Below, piece by piece: positions 1-8,637 of a DNA stretch of 30,302 bases; within the stretch, counting starts at the first letter, position 1; each line of letters starts with the position of its first letter. A model generated the notes under the pieces. It made no database searches, had not been told where the DNA came from, and was given only the letters and a program-made list of their open reading frames with translations. The position numbers and the translations under genes were made by a program. The DNA comes from Armatimonadota bacterium (lineage in GTDB: Bacteria > Armatimonadota > UBA5829 > DTLH01): NCBI GenBank assembly GCA_039679675.1, contig JBDKUN010000053.1:1-30302 (forward strand), written 5' to 3'.

Positions 1-10
1 TCGCCCGGAA

Positions 11-34
11 GATTTTCGGCTATAGCCGAAAATC
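11..34. repeat. Perfect 24-bp palindrome
   Basis: GATTTTCGGCTATAGCCGAAAATC equals its own reverse complement. Confidence 0.7.
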
Positions 35-62
35 CATAGATTCAGGGTCCATTCTTTTCCTG

Positions 63-121
63 GATGCTGAGTCAAGCTCAGCATGACGTTGTGGTAGTTC
101 AGTATAATGTTATGCTGAACT
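63..121. repeat. Pair of related REP-like hairpins
   Basis: ATGCTGAG-tcaag-CTCAGCAT (64-84) and AGTTCAGTATAA-tg-TTATGCTGAACT (96-121); both share an ATGCTGA core. Confidence 0.55.
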
Positions 122-151
122 GTTACCCTTATATTCTCAGCCGCTGAAATA

Positions 152-160
152 TGATAGAAT
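152..160 (+). promoter_or_regulatory. Possible extended -10 promoter for the flippase/GT-C operon
   Basis: TGaTAGAAT about 80 nt upstream of the first CDS; no convincing -35. Confidence 0.35.
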
Positions 161-241
161 AGCGTCATCATTTCGAATTACTCTGGGGTTTCATAGCTGT
201 AGACCGGCATTTGGACCTGCGATTGATGGAGACCTGATCTC

Positions 242-637
242 TTGGCTAATTTGACATCATCACCGATAGCAATGCTTCTTGTAAACGTATTGCTGGGGAC
301 AATTGGGCAGATTATGCTCAAGACCGGCATGAACAACGCCGGCGGAAAAGCTAACGCAGTCGGTATGGCCGCACTGCTGAACGCAATAAAAGCAATAGGG
401 AACCCCTGGGTGTTTATGGGCTTTACTTTATATGGAATCAGCTCCATTCTGTGGCTGATGATCCTGAAAAAAGTTTCACTCAGCACGGCTTACCCCATGA
501 TCAGCTTGAGCTATGTGTTCGTAGTTGTCCTTTCCGCGGTGTTTCTCAGAGAAAGACCTCACTGGGGGACTACCACGCCCGGACTGCTGCTTATCATAGT
601 CGGTGTTACCCTCATCGGGCTTGGATCGGGCAAGTAA
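242..637 (+). CDS. SMR/EamA (DMT) family small membrane protein, ArnE/F-like putative lipid-linked sugar flippase
   Basis: 131 aa with about 4 hydrophobic helices; motifs GQIMLK, LSTAYP..SLSY and LRE typical of the family; start is TTG 242 or ATG 272. Confidence 0.85.
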   Translation: MANLTSSPIAMLLVNVLLGTIGQIMLKTGMNNAGGKANAVGMAALLNAIKAIGNPWVFMGFTLYGISSILWLMILKKVSLSTAYPMISLSYVFVVVLSAVFLRERPHWGTTTPGLLLIIVGVTLIGLGSGK

Positions 638-688
638 GGAGGCAGAGGAGTTACGAACAAAGAGCTTCTCCGGCGTGCAGCGCCTCTA

Positions 689-2992
689 TTGCTGCTCTTC
701 ATCCTGACGCTGGTCTTTCTGTATCCGGTGATATTCGGGGGTAAAGCGCTCCTCTCGGCAAAATACCTTGCCGGTATAGAGCCCTGGAACGGCGGCGCTC
801 CTCCCGGCAAACTCCCGCAGTGGAACCCGCTTCAGTGGGACGGGATAGCGCAGTTCTATCCCTGGAGGGTCCACTACAGCCGTTCTTTGAGTGACGGCTA
901 CTTGCCGCTCTGGAACCCGCACCAGTTCTGCGGGACCCCATTCGCCGCAAACGCGCAGACAGCGGTCCTTTATCCGCTCAACCTGCTTTTCGTGATATTT
1001 ACTCCTGTCAAAGCGTTCGGCTTTTCGGCTGCGCTCCACTTGTTTCTTGCGGGCGCATTTGCGTTCCTTTTGGCAAGAGCGCTCGGCCTCGGCAGGTTCG
1101 GGGCGACCGTTTCCGGCATCGTTTTCGAGTTCAGCGCCTTTATGGTTGTCTGGCTGGAGCTTCCGACGCTTGTCAACGTGGCTGTATGGCTGCCGCTCGT
1201 GCTTTATCTGATCTTGAGATCGATGGACCGCACTGGGCCAATACATGCGGTATTTGCAGGGTGCGCGCTTTCGATGTCGATCCTCGCTGGACATTTCCAG
1301 GTGGCGTCGTATATTGTCGCAGCAGTTGCACTCTGGTGGATTTGGCTGATCGCCGGACGGTTCCGCATAGACGGGCGCGCAGCTATATGGCGGGGCGCAG
1401 GGCTCGCGCTTCTCAGCTTTTTCGTCACGTTTCTGATAACTGCTCCTCAGGTACTGCCGACTCTGGAACTGGCCGGGCTCTCCCACAGGGTCCGGGAAGC
1501 CACCCTTGCCGGTTATGCCACCTACGTTTCGAACGCAGTGCCTGCGCGAAATCTCATTACCCTCTTTCTCCCGAATTTCTACGGGAACCCGTCCATCGGC
1601 AATTACTGGGCGGGGAGTGCAGCGGACTTTATAGAATACGCGCTCTACATCGGGCTTCTGCCGCTTTTCCTGGCGGTGGTGGGCAGTGCTTTCACGATCA
1701 GGTGGAGGGGTTCGGCGTATTTTCTGGTCCTTGCGGTAATTTCACTCCTTTTTGTTCTAGGCACGCCGGTCAACTATTTAGCGTATTTCCTGACGCCGGG
1801 TACCAGCGCGCTAGGCGGGCCGAACAGGATGATCGTTCTCTTCTGTTTTTCGGCTGCGATGCTTGCCGGGTATGGAGCGCACTGGTTCATCCAGTTTGCC
1901 CGCGAGGAATATATGGCGACCCACCGAAAGCACGGGTGGCGGGCCATTTCCATCGCGTTGGCGCAGGTTGTGTCGATATTTATCGCCGTACAGCTTATTG
2001 CAACAGACTCGCTCAAGGCGCTGGGTGTCGACACAGGCCAGGTCATGGGAATTGCCTTCAGCCAGTACCTGTCTTTGGCATCGGTCTTCATTGCAGGGCT
2101 TGTAGTGCTTGCGCTCTACACGGCGGGGCAGCTCTCGAAACCCATGTTTGCGGGGCTTGTGCTTGCCGTAATAGTGAGCGATCTCTTCTCGTTCGGCATG
2201 GGTTTCAACCAGACCGTGCCGCGCAAAGAGGTGTATCCTGAAACGCAGCTTACCAGGTGGCTGTCCGATAATGTCAACGATACAAGGCTCATGCCGGTCA
2301 ACCGAAGCTGGAGCATTTCCGAAAATCCCGCCGCTCTCCTCCCTCCGAACTCCGCGACAGTCTACGGGTTCTATGACATGCAGGGCTACGACTCCCTATT
2401 TCCGAGGAGATACAAGGAGTTCGTCGATAGAAACATCGGCATGGACTCAAGCCCGCAGGAGAACGGCAACATGCTGTTCATCCGGCAGTACGTTACGAGC
2501 TGGCCGGAGGGGACTGCGGGGTATGTGCTGAGCCGGAGCCCCATGGCAGGGCCGGGACTCTCAGAAGCCGCCGATCTTGACGGAGTCCATGTCTATAAGG
2601 AGCACACCCACGGGGAGTATCAGCCGGCGTACCTGCTTTTGCCTGCCGATCCGACAATAGGTACCACAGGGGAGAAACCGAAAGGCCGCGCATGGATCAC
2701 CGAGCGGGACTCGCCGAACGAGGTCGAAGTGCTTGCTGAGACAGACCAGCCAGCCCGGCTTGTCCTTGCGGAGGCCTGGTATCCAGGCTGGCGCGCATTG
2801 GTGGACGGGCGGGAGCGGCCGGTCGAGGTGGCTCAAAGCGTCTTCAGGTCGGTCCTGATAGAGCCCGGAAAACATCTTGTAGAGTTCCGCTACCAGCCCG
2901 GAGGGTTCGTCGTGGGGATATTCTTCGGTCTTCTCGGAATAACCGCAGTTGGCACCGCTCTGGGTGCGGCGATCGCCGGGAGGCGCGGGTGA
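689..2992 (+). CDS. YfhO-family polytopic membrane protein (GT-C-fold glycosyltransferase)
   Basis: Many TM segments; LPLWNP..FCGTPF, AGHFQ, YIG, GYD motifs; C-terminal LVLAEAWYPGWRALVDG...FRSV..EPGKHLVEFRYQP YfhO signature; true start may be 650. Confidence 0.85.
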   Translation: MLLFILTLVFLYPVIFGGKALLSAKYLAGIEPWNGGAPPGKLPQWNPLQWDGIAQFYPWRVHYSRSLSDGYLPLWNPHQFCGTPFAANAQTAVLYPLNLLFVIFTPVKAFGFSAALHLFLAGAFAFLLARALGLGRFGATVSGIVFEFSAFMVVWLELPTLVNVAVWLPLVLYLILRSMDRTGPIHAVFAGCALSMSILAGHFQVASYIVAAVALWWIWLIAGRFRIDGRAAIWRGAGLALLSFFVTFLITAPQVLPTLELAGLSHRVREATLAGYATYVSNAVPARNLITLFLPNFYGNPSIGNYWAGSAADFIEYALYIGLLPLFLAVVGSAFTIRWRGSAYFLVLAVISLLFVLGTPVNYLAYFLTPGTSALGGPNRMIVLFCFSAAMLAGYGAHWFIQFAREEYMATHRKHGWRAISIALAQVVSIFIAVQLIATDSLKALGVDTGQVMGIAFSQYLSLASVFIAGLVVLALYTAGQLSKPMFAGLVLAVIVSDLFSFGMGFNQTVPRKEVYPETQLTRWLSDNVNDTRLMPVNRSWSISENPAALLPPNSATVYGFYDMQGYDSLFPRRYKEFVDRNIGMDSSPQENGNMLFIRQYVTSWPEGTAGYVLSRSPMAGPGLSEAADLDGVHVYKEHTHGEYQPAYLLLPADPTIGTTGEKPKGRAWITERDSPNEVEVLAETDQPARLVLAEAWYPGWRALVDGRERPVEVAQSVFRSVLIEPGKHLVEFRYQPGGFVVGIFFGLLGITAVGTALGAAIAGRRG

Positions 2993-4599
2993 TGAGCGCA
3001 AAACCGGGCGGACAGGGTGCAAAAAACAGGCTAAGGGACTGTTCTGTCCCGCTTCTTTGGGCTGTCGCTATAGTCGCGCTCGCATCCGTGCCGTATATCA
3101 TTGGGATAGCTGCGAGCCCGCGGGACGGCGTCTTTACTGGGTTCACGTTCAACATAGACGATGCCTTCGTCTACTCGTCATGGATCAGGCAGATCGCGAA
3201 CGGCAGCCTGTTTATCCGAAACCAGTTCACATCCGACCCGCAGAGCGCTTACCAGTTCAATTTGTTCTTCATCGTGCTGGGGCTGATAGCGCGTGTCACC
3301 CGTCTATCCCCCATGGCGGTCTTCCATCTGGCGAGAATGGTCCTTGGGGTCTCAATTTTGATGCTCATCTGGCGCTTTGCCGGGAGGTTTTTGAAAGACC
3401 CCATAGAGCGGCTGCTGATAATCCCTATAGCAGGGCTCTCTTCGGGGCTCGGATGGATGATTGCGGGCATCGGGAACCATAAAGGGCCGGTCGATCTCTG
3501 GCAGCCTGAAGCGATTACCTTCCTCAGCATCTACCTGAACCCGCTTTTTCTGATGGGGTTGATCCTGATAACTGCGGCGCTCCATTTCCTCTGCCGGATG
3601 AAGGAGACAGGCTCCTGGCGCGACTGCGTTTATGCCGGACTGATGCTCCTTCTCCTCGGCAACATACATACTTACGATATAGTGACCGTCGGAGCGGTCT
3701 GGGCCGCCTATCTCATCGCCGAAGCCATAAAGAACCGCCGGTTGCCCTGGCGGGTAACTGGCATGAGCCTTGCCGCATCTCTCATGGCGCTTCCATCAGC
3801 CGGGTACCAGTATTATCTCTACAGAACCGAGGAGGTTTTCAGGCTCAGAGCCGAGACCCCAGCGCCATCGCCCGCATTGTGGGCTTACCTGATGGGCTAT
3901 GGACTTCTTCTGGTCCTCGCCGCATTCGGAGGATGGAAGGCCATCAAAGAAAAGCGGGGCGCGCTGCTGTTGGCTGTATGGTCGATAGCCGGTTTTGCAA
4001 TCCCGTATCTGCCGGTCGCGCAGCAGCGAAAGCTCGTTATGGGGCTTCACATCCCGCTTGCCATCCTCGCGACGATAGCCGTTGCCGCAGTTGTCCGCCG
4101 GGTAGGACCCCGGTTTTCCGCTTTGGCTGCCGTCCTTATAGTCGCGGCGCTCGTCCCGTCCAATCTGTATTTCATGACGCGGGATATACGGTATATCGGC
4201 AGCATGACGACAGGGCCAGGGTTCAGGCCGTATGTTTCGAAGGATGAAGTCCGTGCAATGAGCTGGCTCAGGGACAACACCAGCCCGAACGATGTCGTCC
4301 TTACCTTCCCGAACATTGCGCTCTTTACCCCCGCCATGTCGGGAAACCTGGTCTACTACGGCCACTGGAGCGAGACGCCGGATTATGAGAACAGATTGAA
4401 AGGGTGGCTGGCATTTATGGCCCCCGAAACCCCGGACGGGTGGAGGAAAGGCTACCTAAGAGAGTCCAAAGCGGATTATATCCTCTACTTCTCGCACCCC
4501 AAGGGACTCACGGAACCTGTGTACGACCTGCGCTCGTCAGACTGTGCCAGGGTTGTCTTCGAGTCGGGCAATATAGCAGTCTACAAAGTCATTCTGTGA
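2992..4599 (+). CDS. Polytopic membrane protein, putative GT-C glycosyltransferase
   Basis: About 12 TM segments; acidic NIDD motif in the first loop; HTYD motif; C-terminal soluble domain (AMSWLRDNT, YYGHWSET); ATG overlaps the upstream TGA (TGATG). Confidence 0.75.
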   Translation: MSAKPGGQGAKNRLRDCSVPLLWAVAIVALASVPYIIGIAASPRDGVFTGFTFNIDDAFVYSSWIRQIANGSLFIRNQFTSDPQSAYQFNLFFIVLGLIARVTRLSPMAVFHLARMVLGVSILMLIWRFAGRFLKDPIERLLIIPIAGLSSGLGWMIAGIGNHKGPVDLWQPEAITFLSIYLNPLFLMGLILITAALHFLCRMKETGSWRDCVYAGLMLLLLGNIHTYDIVTVGAVWAAYLIAEAIKNRRLPWRVTGMSLAASLMALPSAGYQYYLYRTEEVFRLRAETPAPSPALWAYLMGYGLLLVLAAFGGWKAIKEKRGALLLAVWSIAGFAIPYLPVAQQRKLVMGLHIPLAILATIAVAAVVRRVGPRFSALAAVLIVAALVPSNLYFMTRDIRYIGSMTTGPGFRPYVSKDEVRAMSWLRDNTSPNDVVLTFPNIALFTPAMSGNLVYYGHWSETPDYENRLKGWLAFMAPETPDGWRKGYLRESKADYILYFSHPKGLTEPVYDLRSSDCARVVFESGNIAVYKVIL

Positions 4600-4801
4600 C
4601 TGGCGCGGCAAGTCCCTGTTTGATTTTCTCCCGCGCTACCTCTGCACTCGATATGATATTCGCCAACTCCTGGTCTATCGGCTCAAGAAGCCGGGCCGCA
4701 TCGATCTCGTCCCTCGCCGCAGCGCAGTAAGCCTTTAGTCCGATTTCTAGGTGTGCCACAGCGCGCTTAATATCGTAAAACTCTTTGGCCAAGTCTATCA
4801 A
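4589..4801 (-). CDS. Small helical/coiled-coil hypothetical protein
   Basis: About 70 aa ORF; AGGAG SD lies ~8 nt before TTG at 4801 (GTG 4810 is the alternative start); has its own promoter; overlaps the convergent gene end by 11 nt. Confidence 0.6.
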   Translation of the reverse strand: MIDLAKEFYDIKRAVAHLEIGLKAYCAAARDEIDAARLLEPIDQELANIISSAEVAREKIKQGLAAPVTE

Positions 4802-4835
4802 TTCGATCACTCCTGTAGGTTTTCAGACTGATCGG

Positions 4836-4863
4836 ATTATACCCGGCAGTCTGGTGTTTGCAA
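4836..4863 (-). promoter_or_regulatory. sigma70-type promoter of the small minus-strand gene
   Basis: TTGCAA-N16-TATAAT on the minus strand. Confidence 0.55.
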
Positions 4864-4935
4864 CGGCTGCAGGCCATTCCTGAAGCCCTGGGTAAAAACT
4901 CATCAGGCTAAACCGGCAGGGTCTCCGCTGGCGGC

Positions 4936-4964
4936 TTGAAAAGGGAGCCGGGTTGGGGTAGAAT
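4936..4964 (+). promoter_or_regulatory. sigma70-type promoter of dnaE
   Basis: TTGAAA-N17-TAGAAT about 60 nt upstream of the likely GTG start. Confidence 0.65.
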
Positions 4965-5022
4965 ACTGCTGGCCGCAAGGCAAAATACCGACTGCCTGCG
5001 GCATTGGAAGGTTGTTGCTGTC

Positions 5023-8000
5023 GTGGAGACGCCCAAGTTCGTCCATCTTCATACACACTCCGAGTTCAGCCTCCTCGACGGCGCCTGTCGAATCAAGGAT
5101 ATTGTAAAACAGGCCGTCGAGTTCGAGATGCCCGCAGTCGCCCTTACCGACCACGGGAATATGTATGGAACTCTTGCTTTTTACTCGGCCTGCAAGGGCG
5201 CCGGGATCAAACCGGTGCTCGGTTGCGAGGTCTATGTAGCTCCACGCGCGCGCAACCAGAGAAATCCCAAGCTCGATGCCGAAAACTACCACCTGGTGCT
5301 CCTCGCGAAAGATGAGTCCGGCTATAAAAACCTCTTAAAGCTCGTAAGTGTTGCCTACACCGAAGGATTTTACTATAAACCGAGAGTCGATAAAGAGCTT
5401 CTCGCAGCCCACAGCGGCGGGCTGATCGCCCTCACCGCCTGTCTTGGCGGCGAGATACCGAAGCACCTTGCAAGAGGCGATTCAGAAAAAGCCGAGAAGT
5501 CCTTGAACGAATATCTGGAGATATTCGGGCGGGACAACCTGTACCTGGAGATTCAGGACCACGGCCTGCCGGAGCAGAAGCCGGTAAACGATGCCGTGAT
5601 AGAGATGGCCTCGAGGTTCAACCTCCCACTTGTGGCATCGAACGATATCCATTATCTCCGGCAAAAAGACGCCGAAGCGCATGACGTGCTCCTCTGCATC
5701 CAGACCGGCGCAACGATGGATGACCCCAAGCGGTTCCGGTTCGGGTCTCATGAGTTCTTCATGAAAAGCGCGGAGCAGATGGCCCAGGTGTTCGGCAATG
5801 TGCCCGGCGCGCTGGAAAATACTCTCGAAATAGCTGAACGCTGCAACATCAACCTAGACTTTTCGAGGCTCCAGCTCCCTGAGGTCTACATACCGGAAGG
5901 ACTGGACGACAGCGCCTACATGGAACAGCTCGCCTGGGAGGGGCTCGATAGAAAATGCCCGAATGCCCCGCAGGAGTACAAAGACCGGCTGCGCTATGAG
6001 ATAGACACGATCAACAACTGCGGGTTCCCGCGCTATATGCTGATCGTCCGGGAGTATGCGCGGTTTGCTCAGGACTCAAAAATTTACATGGGAGTCCGAG
6101 GTTCCGCCGCGGCGAGCCTTGTCTGCTACTGCCTGGGGATCACGGACTTTGACCCTATTGAGTTTACCCTCACCTTCGAGCGGTTTCTTAACGTCGAACG
6201 CGTTGAGATGCCTGATATCGACATGGACTTCCAGGACGACCGCCGTGAGGACGTCATCAAGTGGGTCACCGAGAAATACGGCGCGGACCATGTGGCGCAG
6301 ATTGTCACATTCGGGACTTTGGCCGCCAGAATGGCCGTGCGCGACTGCGGAAAAGCGCTTGGGATCGACCCACAGCTTGCGGATAAGATTTGCAAGCTCA
6401 TTCCGACCATTCCTGTCGGGATAACCATCGAAAAGGCGCTGAAAGAAGTGCCGGAACTCGCCGAGCTTTATGCGACCCCTGAGGCCAAAAGGCTCATCGA
6501 CATGGCAAAGCAGCTGGAAGGCATATCCAGGCACTCGAGCGTCCACGCGGCGGGCGTCATCATCTCACATGATCCGTTGACCGACCACGTTCCAGTCCTG
6601 AAGGGGGCGAGAGGGGAGATCGTCACCCAGTACGACGCCGACGGGCTGAAAAAAGTCGGCCTTCTCAAGATGGACTTTCTTGGGCTTGCCAACCTGACGA
6701 TCCTTGCAAGGTGCATCAAGAATATCAAGGAGACTCGCGGGGAAGATATCGACACTCACAAGATCCCGTGGGATGATGAAAAGACCTACGAGATGCTCGG
6801 GCGTGGTGACACGACAGGCGTATTCCAGCTTGAAAGCGCAGGGATGCGAAAAAACATCCAGGACCTCAAGCCGAACTCCGTCAAGGAACTCGCCGCTATG
6901 GTCGCTCTCTACAGGCCGGGCCCGATGGCGTACATCCCGCAGTTCATCCGCTCTAAGTTCGGGCTGGAACCGACTGTCTACCCGCATCCGTCGATGGAGC
7001 CTATCCTGAAGGAGACCTACGGGGTCATAGTCTACCAGGACCAGGTCCTTCACATCGTCCGGGCGATAGCGGGTTTCACGCTCGGCCAGGCAGACATCTT
7101 CCGGCGGGTGATGAGCAAGAAAAAGAAGGAAGAGATGGCCAAGCAGAAGACATCCTTCCTCGCGGGCGCGAAGTCAAACGGGATTACCGAAAAAAAGGCG
7201 ACCGAGATATTCAACCTCATCGAGCCGTTCGCCGGTTACGCGTTCAACAAGGCCCACGCTGTCTGCTACGCCCATGTCGCCTATCAGACGGCATACCTGA
7301 AGGCCAATTATCCGATAGAATACTTCGCAGCGATGCTTGCGACCCATTTCGACAACAAAGATAAGGTCGCGCTGTATATCGAAGAGTGCCGGAGGCTCAA
7401 AATTGAAGTCCTTCCGCCGGATGTAAACGAAAGCGAAGTGGACTTTTACGTCCAGAACGGTGCTATCAGGTTCGGGCTTGCCGCAATCAAGAACTGCGGC
7501 AAGGGTGTCGTGGAATCTATCATCGAGGCGAGGAACGCTGGAGGCCGGTTCAAGTCGCTTCAGGAGTTCTGCGAAAGAATCGCCGAGTTCGGGGTCGGAA
7601 AGAGCGCTATCGAGACCCTTATCCGCGCCGGAGCGCTTCTTTCCATAGTTCCGAGCCGAAAACTCGCGCTGCAGCGGTTGGACAACGCAATGGGCAGGGC
7701 GGCGGCGATCTACCGCGACAAGATAAATGGGCAGGAGGCGCTTTTCGGCGGGATGTCCGAACCGGTTTCTGTCTCGAATGCCCCGGCGGAAGTGTACGGA
7801 GACGACATAGAAGAATTTTCCCGCGAGGAACTCCTTGCGATGGAAAAAGAGCTTTTGGGGCTGTACGTCTCCGACCACCCGCTAAAACGCTTCAGGGAAC
7901 TCCTGGAAAGCAAGGTTTCAGTCACATCAGACCAGATTCAGGAGCTCGCTGATGAAAAAGAATGCACAATTGGCGGGTTGATAACCGATGTCCGATACCA

Positions 8001-8526
8001 CACGACAAAAAAGTCCGGGGACAGGATGGCCTTCATCAAAATTGAAGACCTGGCAGGGCCGATTTCCGTAACGGTGTTCCCTTCCGTATTCAAACAGTGC
8101 GAAAGTGAGCTTGTCGTCGACCAGGTAGTGCTCATAAAAGGGAAAGCGAGCCACAGAGAGCGGCTGGGAAGATCGAACAACAGCGAAGACGAGAAGTCCT
8201 ATCAAGTCGAGGTGCTGGCGGAAAGTGTGACAAAACTGACGGATACCATTATCACTCGCAAGACTGAGCAGCAGGAGGAAGAGACAGAGATCGAGATCAT
8301 CAAAACATCTGCGATACACATCCGGCTGCAGCCTAAAATGAGGAAAACGCTCCCCACGCTGAAGGCAGCGATGGGCGATTACCCCGGAGACTGCAAGGTC
8401 TACATCCACATAGCCGATAACGGCAACTCAGCAAAGGTCCGCACGGACTGCCGGGTAGCACCCACCCCGCAGTTCATGTCGGCGATATGCGGCATAGTCG
8501 GCTCAAGCGCCGTGTGGACGGAGTAA
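5023..8526 (+). CDS. dnaE: DNA polymerase III subunit alpha
   Basis: PHP domain (FVHLHTHSEFSLLDG, TDHGN); catalytic MPDIDMDF and KMDFLGL; YAFNKAH; OB fold; likely GTG start at 5023 after GGAAGGT. Confidence 0.98.
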   Translation: METPKFVHLHTHSEFSLLDGACRIKDIVKQAVEFEMPAVALTDHGNMYGTLAFYSACKGAGIKPVLGCEVYVAPRARNQRNPKLDAENYHLVLLAKDESGYKNLLKLVSVAYTEGFYYKPRVDKELLAAHSGGLIALTACLGGEIPKHLARGDSEKAEKSLNEYLEIFGRDNLYLEIQDHGLPEQKPVNDAVIEMASRFNLPLVASNDIHYLRQKDAEAHDVLLCIQTGATMDDPKRFRFGSHEFFMKSAEQMAQVFGNVPGALENTLEIAERCNINLDFSRLQLPEVYIPEGLDDSAYMEQLAWEGLDRKCPNAPQEYKDRLRYEIDTINNCGFPRYMLIVREYARFAQDSKIYMGVRGSAAASLVCYCLGITDFDPIEFTLTFERFLNVERVEMPDIDMDFQDDRREDVIKWVTEKYGADHVAQIVTFGTLAARMAVRDCGKALGIDPQLADKICKLIPTIPVGITIEKALKEVPELAELYATPEAKRLIDMAKQLEGISRHSSVHAAGVIISHDPLTDHVPVLKGARGEIVTQYDADGLKKVGLLKMDFLGLANLTILARCIKNIKETRGEDIDTHKIPWDDEKTYEMLGRGDTTGVFQLESAGMRKNIQDLKPNSVKELAAMVALYRPGPMAYIPQFIRSKFGLEPTVYPHPSMEPILKETYGVIVYQDQVLHIVRAIAGFTLGQADIFRRVMSKKKKEEMAKQKTSFLAGAKSNGITEKKATEIFNLIEPFAGYAFNKAHAVCYAHVAYQTAYLKANYPIEYFAAMLATHFDNKDKVALYIEECRRLKIEVLPPDVNESEVDFYVQNGAIRFGLAAIKNCGKGVVESIIEARNAGGRFKSLQEFCERIAEFGVGKSAIETLIRAGALLSIVPSRKLALQRLDNAMGRAAAIYRDKINGQEALFGGMSEPVSVSNAPAEVYGDDIEEFSREELLAMEKELLGLYVSDHPLKRFRELLESKVSVTSDQIQELADEKECTIGGLITDVRYHTTKKSGDRMAFIKIEDLAGPISVTVFPSVFKQCESELVVDQVVLIKGKASHRERLGRSNNSEDEKSYQVEVLAESVTKLTDTIITRKTEQQEEETEIEIIKTSAIHIRLQPKMRKTLPTLKAAMGDYPGDCKVYIHIADNGNSAKVRTDCRVAPTPQFMSAICGIVGSSAVWTE

Positions 8527-8527
8527 A

Positions 8528-8560
8528 TTTTGAATCGCGAATTACGCGAAGAAACGAAAA
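8528..8560 (+). repeat. Isolated terminal arm of the intergenic repeat family
   Basis: TTTTGAATCGCGAATTACGCGAAGAAACGAAAA immediately after the dnaE stop. Confidence 0.7.
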
Positions 8561-8566
8561 TGACAG

Positions 8567-8595
8567 AAAAGGCGTCTTTTACTGACGCCTTTTTT
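8567..8595. terminator. Bidirectional intrinsic terminator between dnaE and the DegT gene
   Basis: AAAAGGCGTC-ttttact-GACGCCTTTTTT between convergent genes. Confidence 0.85.
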
Positions 8596-8637
8596 ACTTG
8601 CGATTGTTATTGGACCATTACACCTACATCCTAAATC

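Noticed and set aside
1186..2241. 351-aa alternative-frame ORF inside the YfhO gene
   Set aside because: Arg/Ser/Pro-rich with no motifs; expected shadow ORF in GC-rich coding DNA
4936..5022. N-terminal extension of DnaE in the ORF track
   Set aside because: The TTG is the -35 box of the promoter; homology starts at FVHLH
5023..8526. Intein in DnaE (also checked NrdJ)
   Set aside because: Lengths are normal and no intein splicing motifs interrupt the conserved blocks
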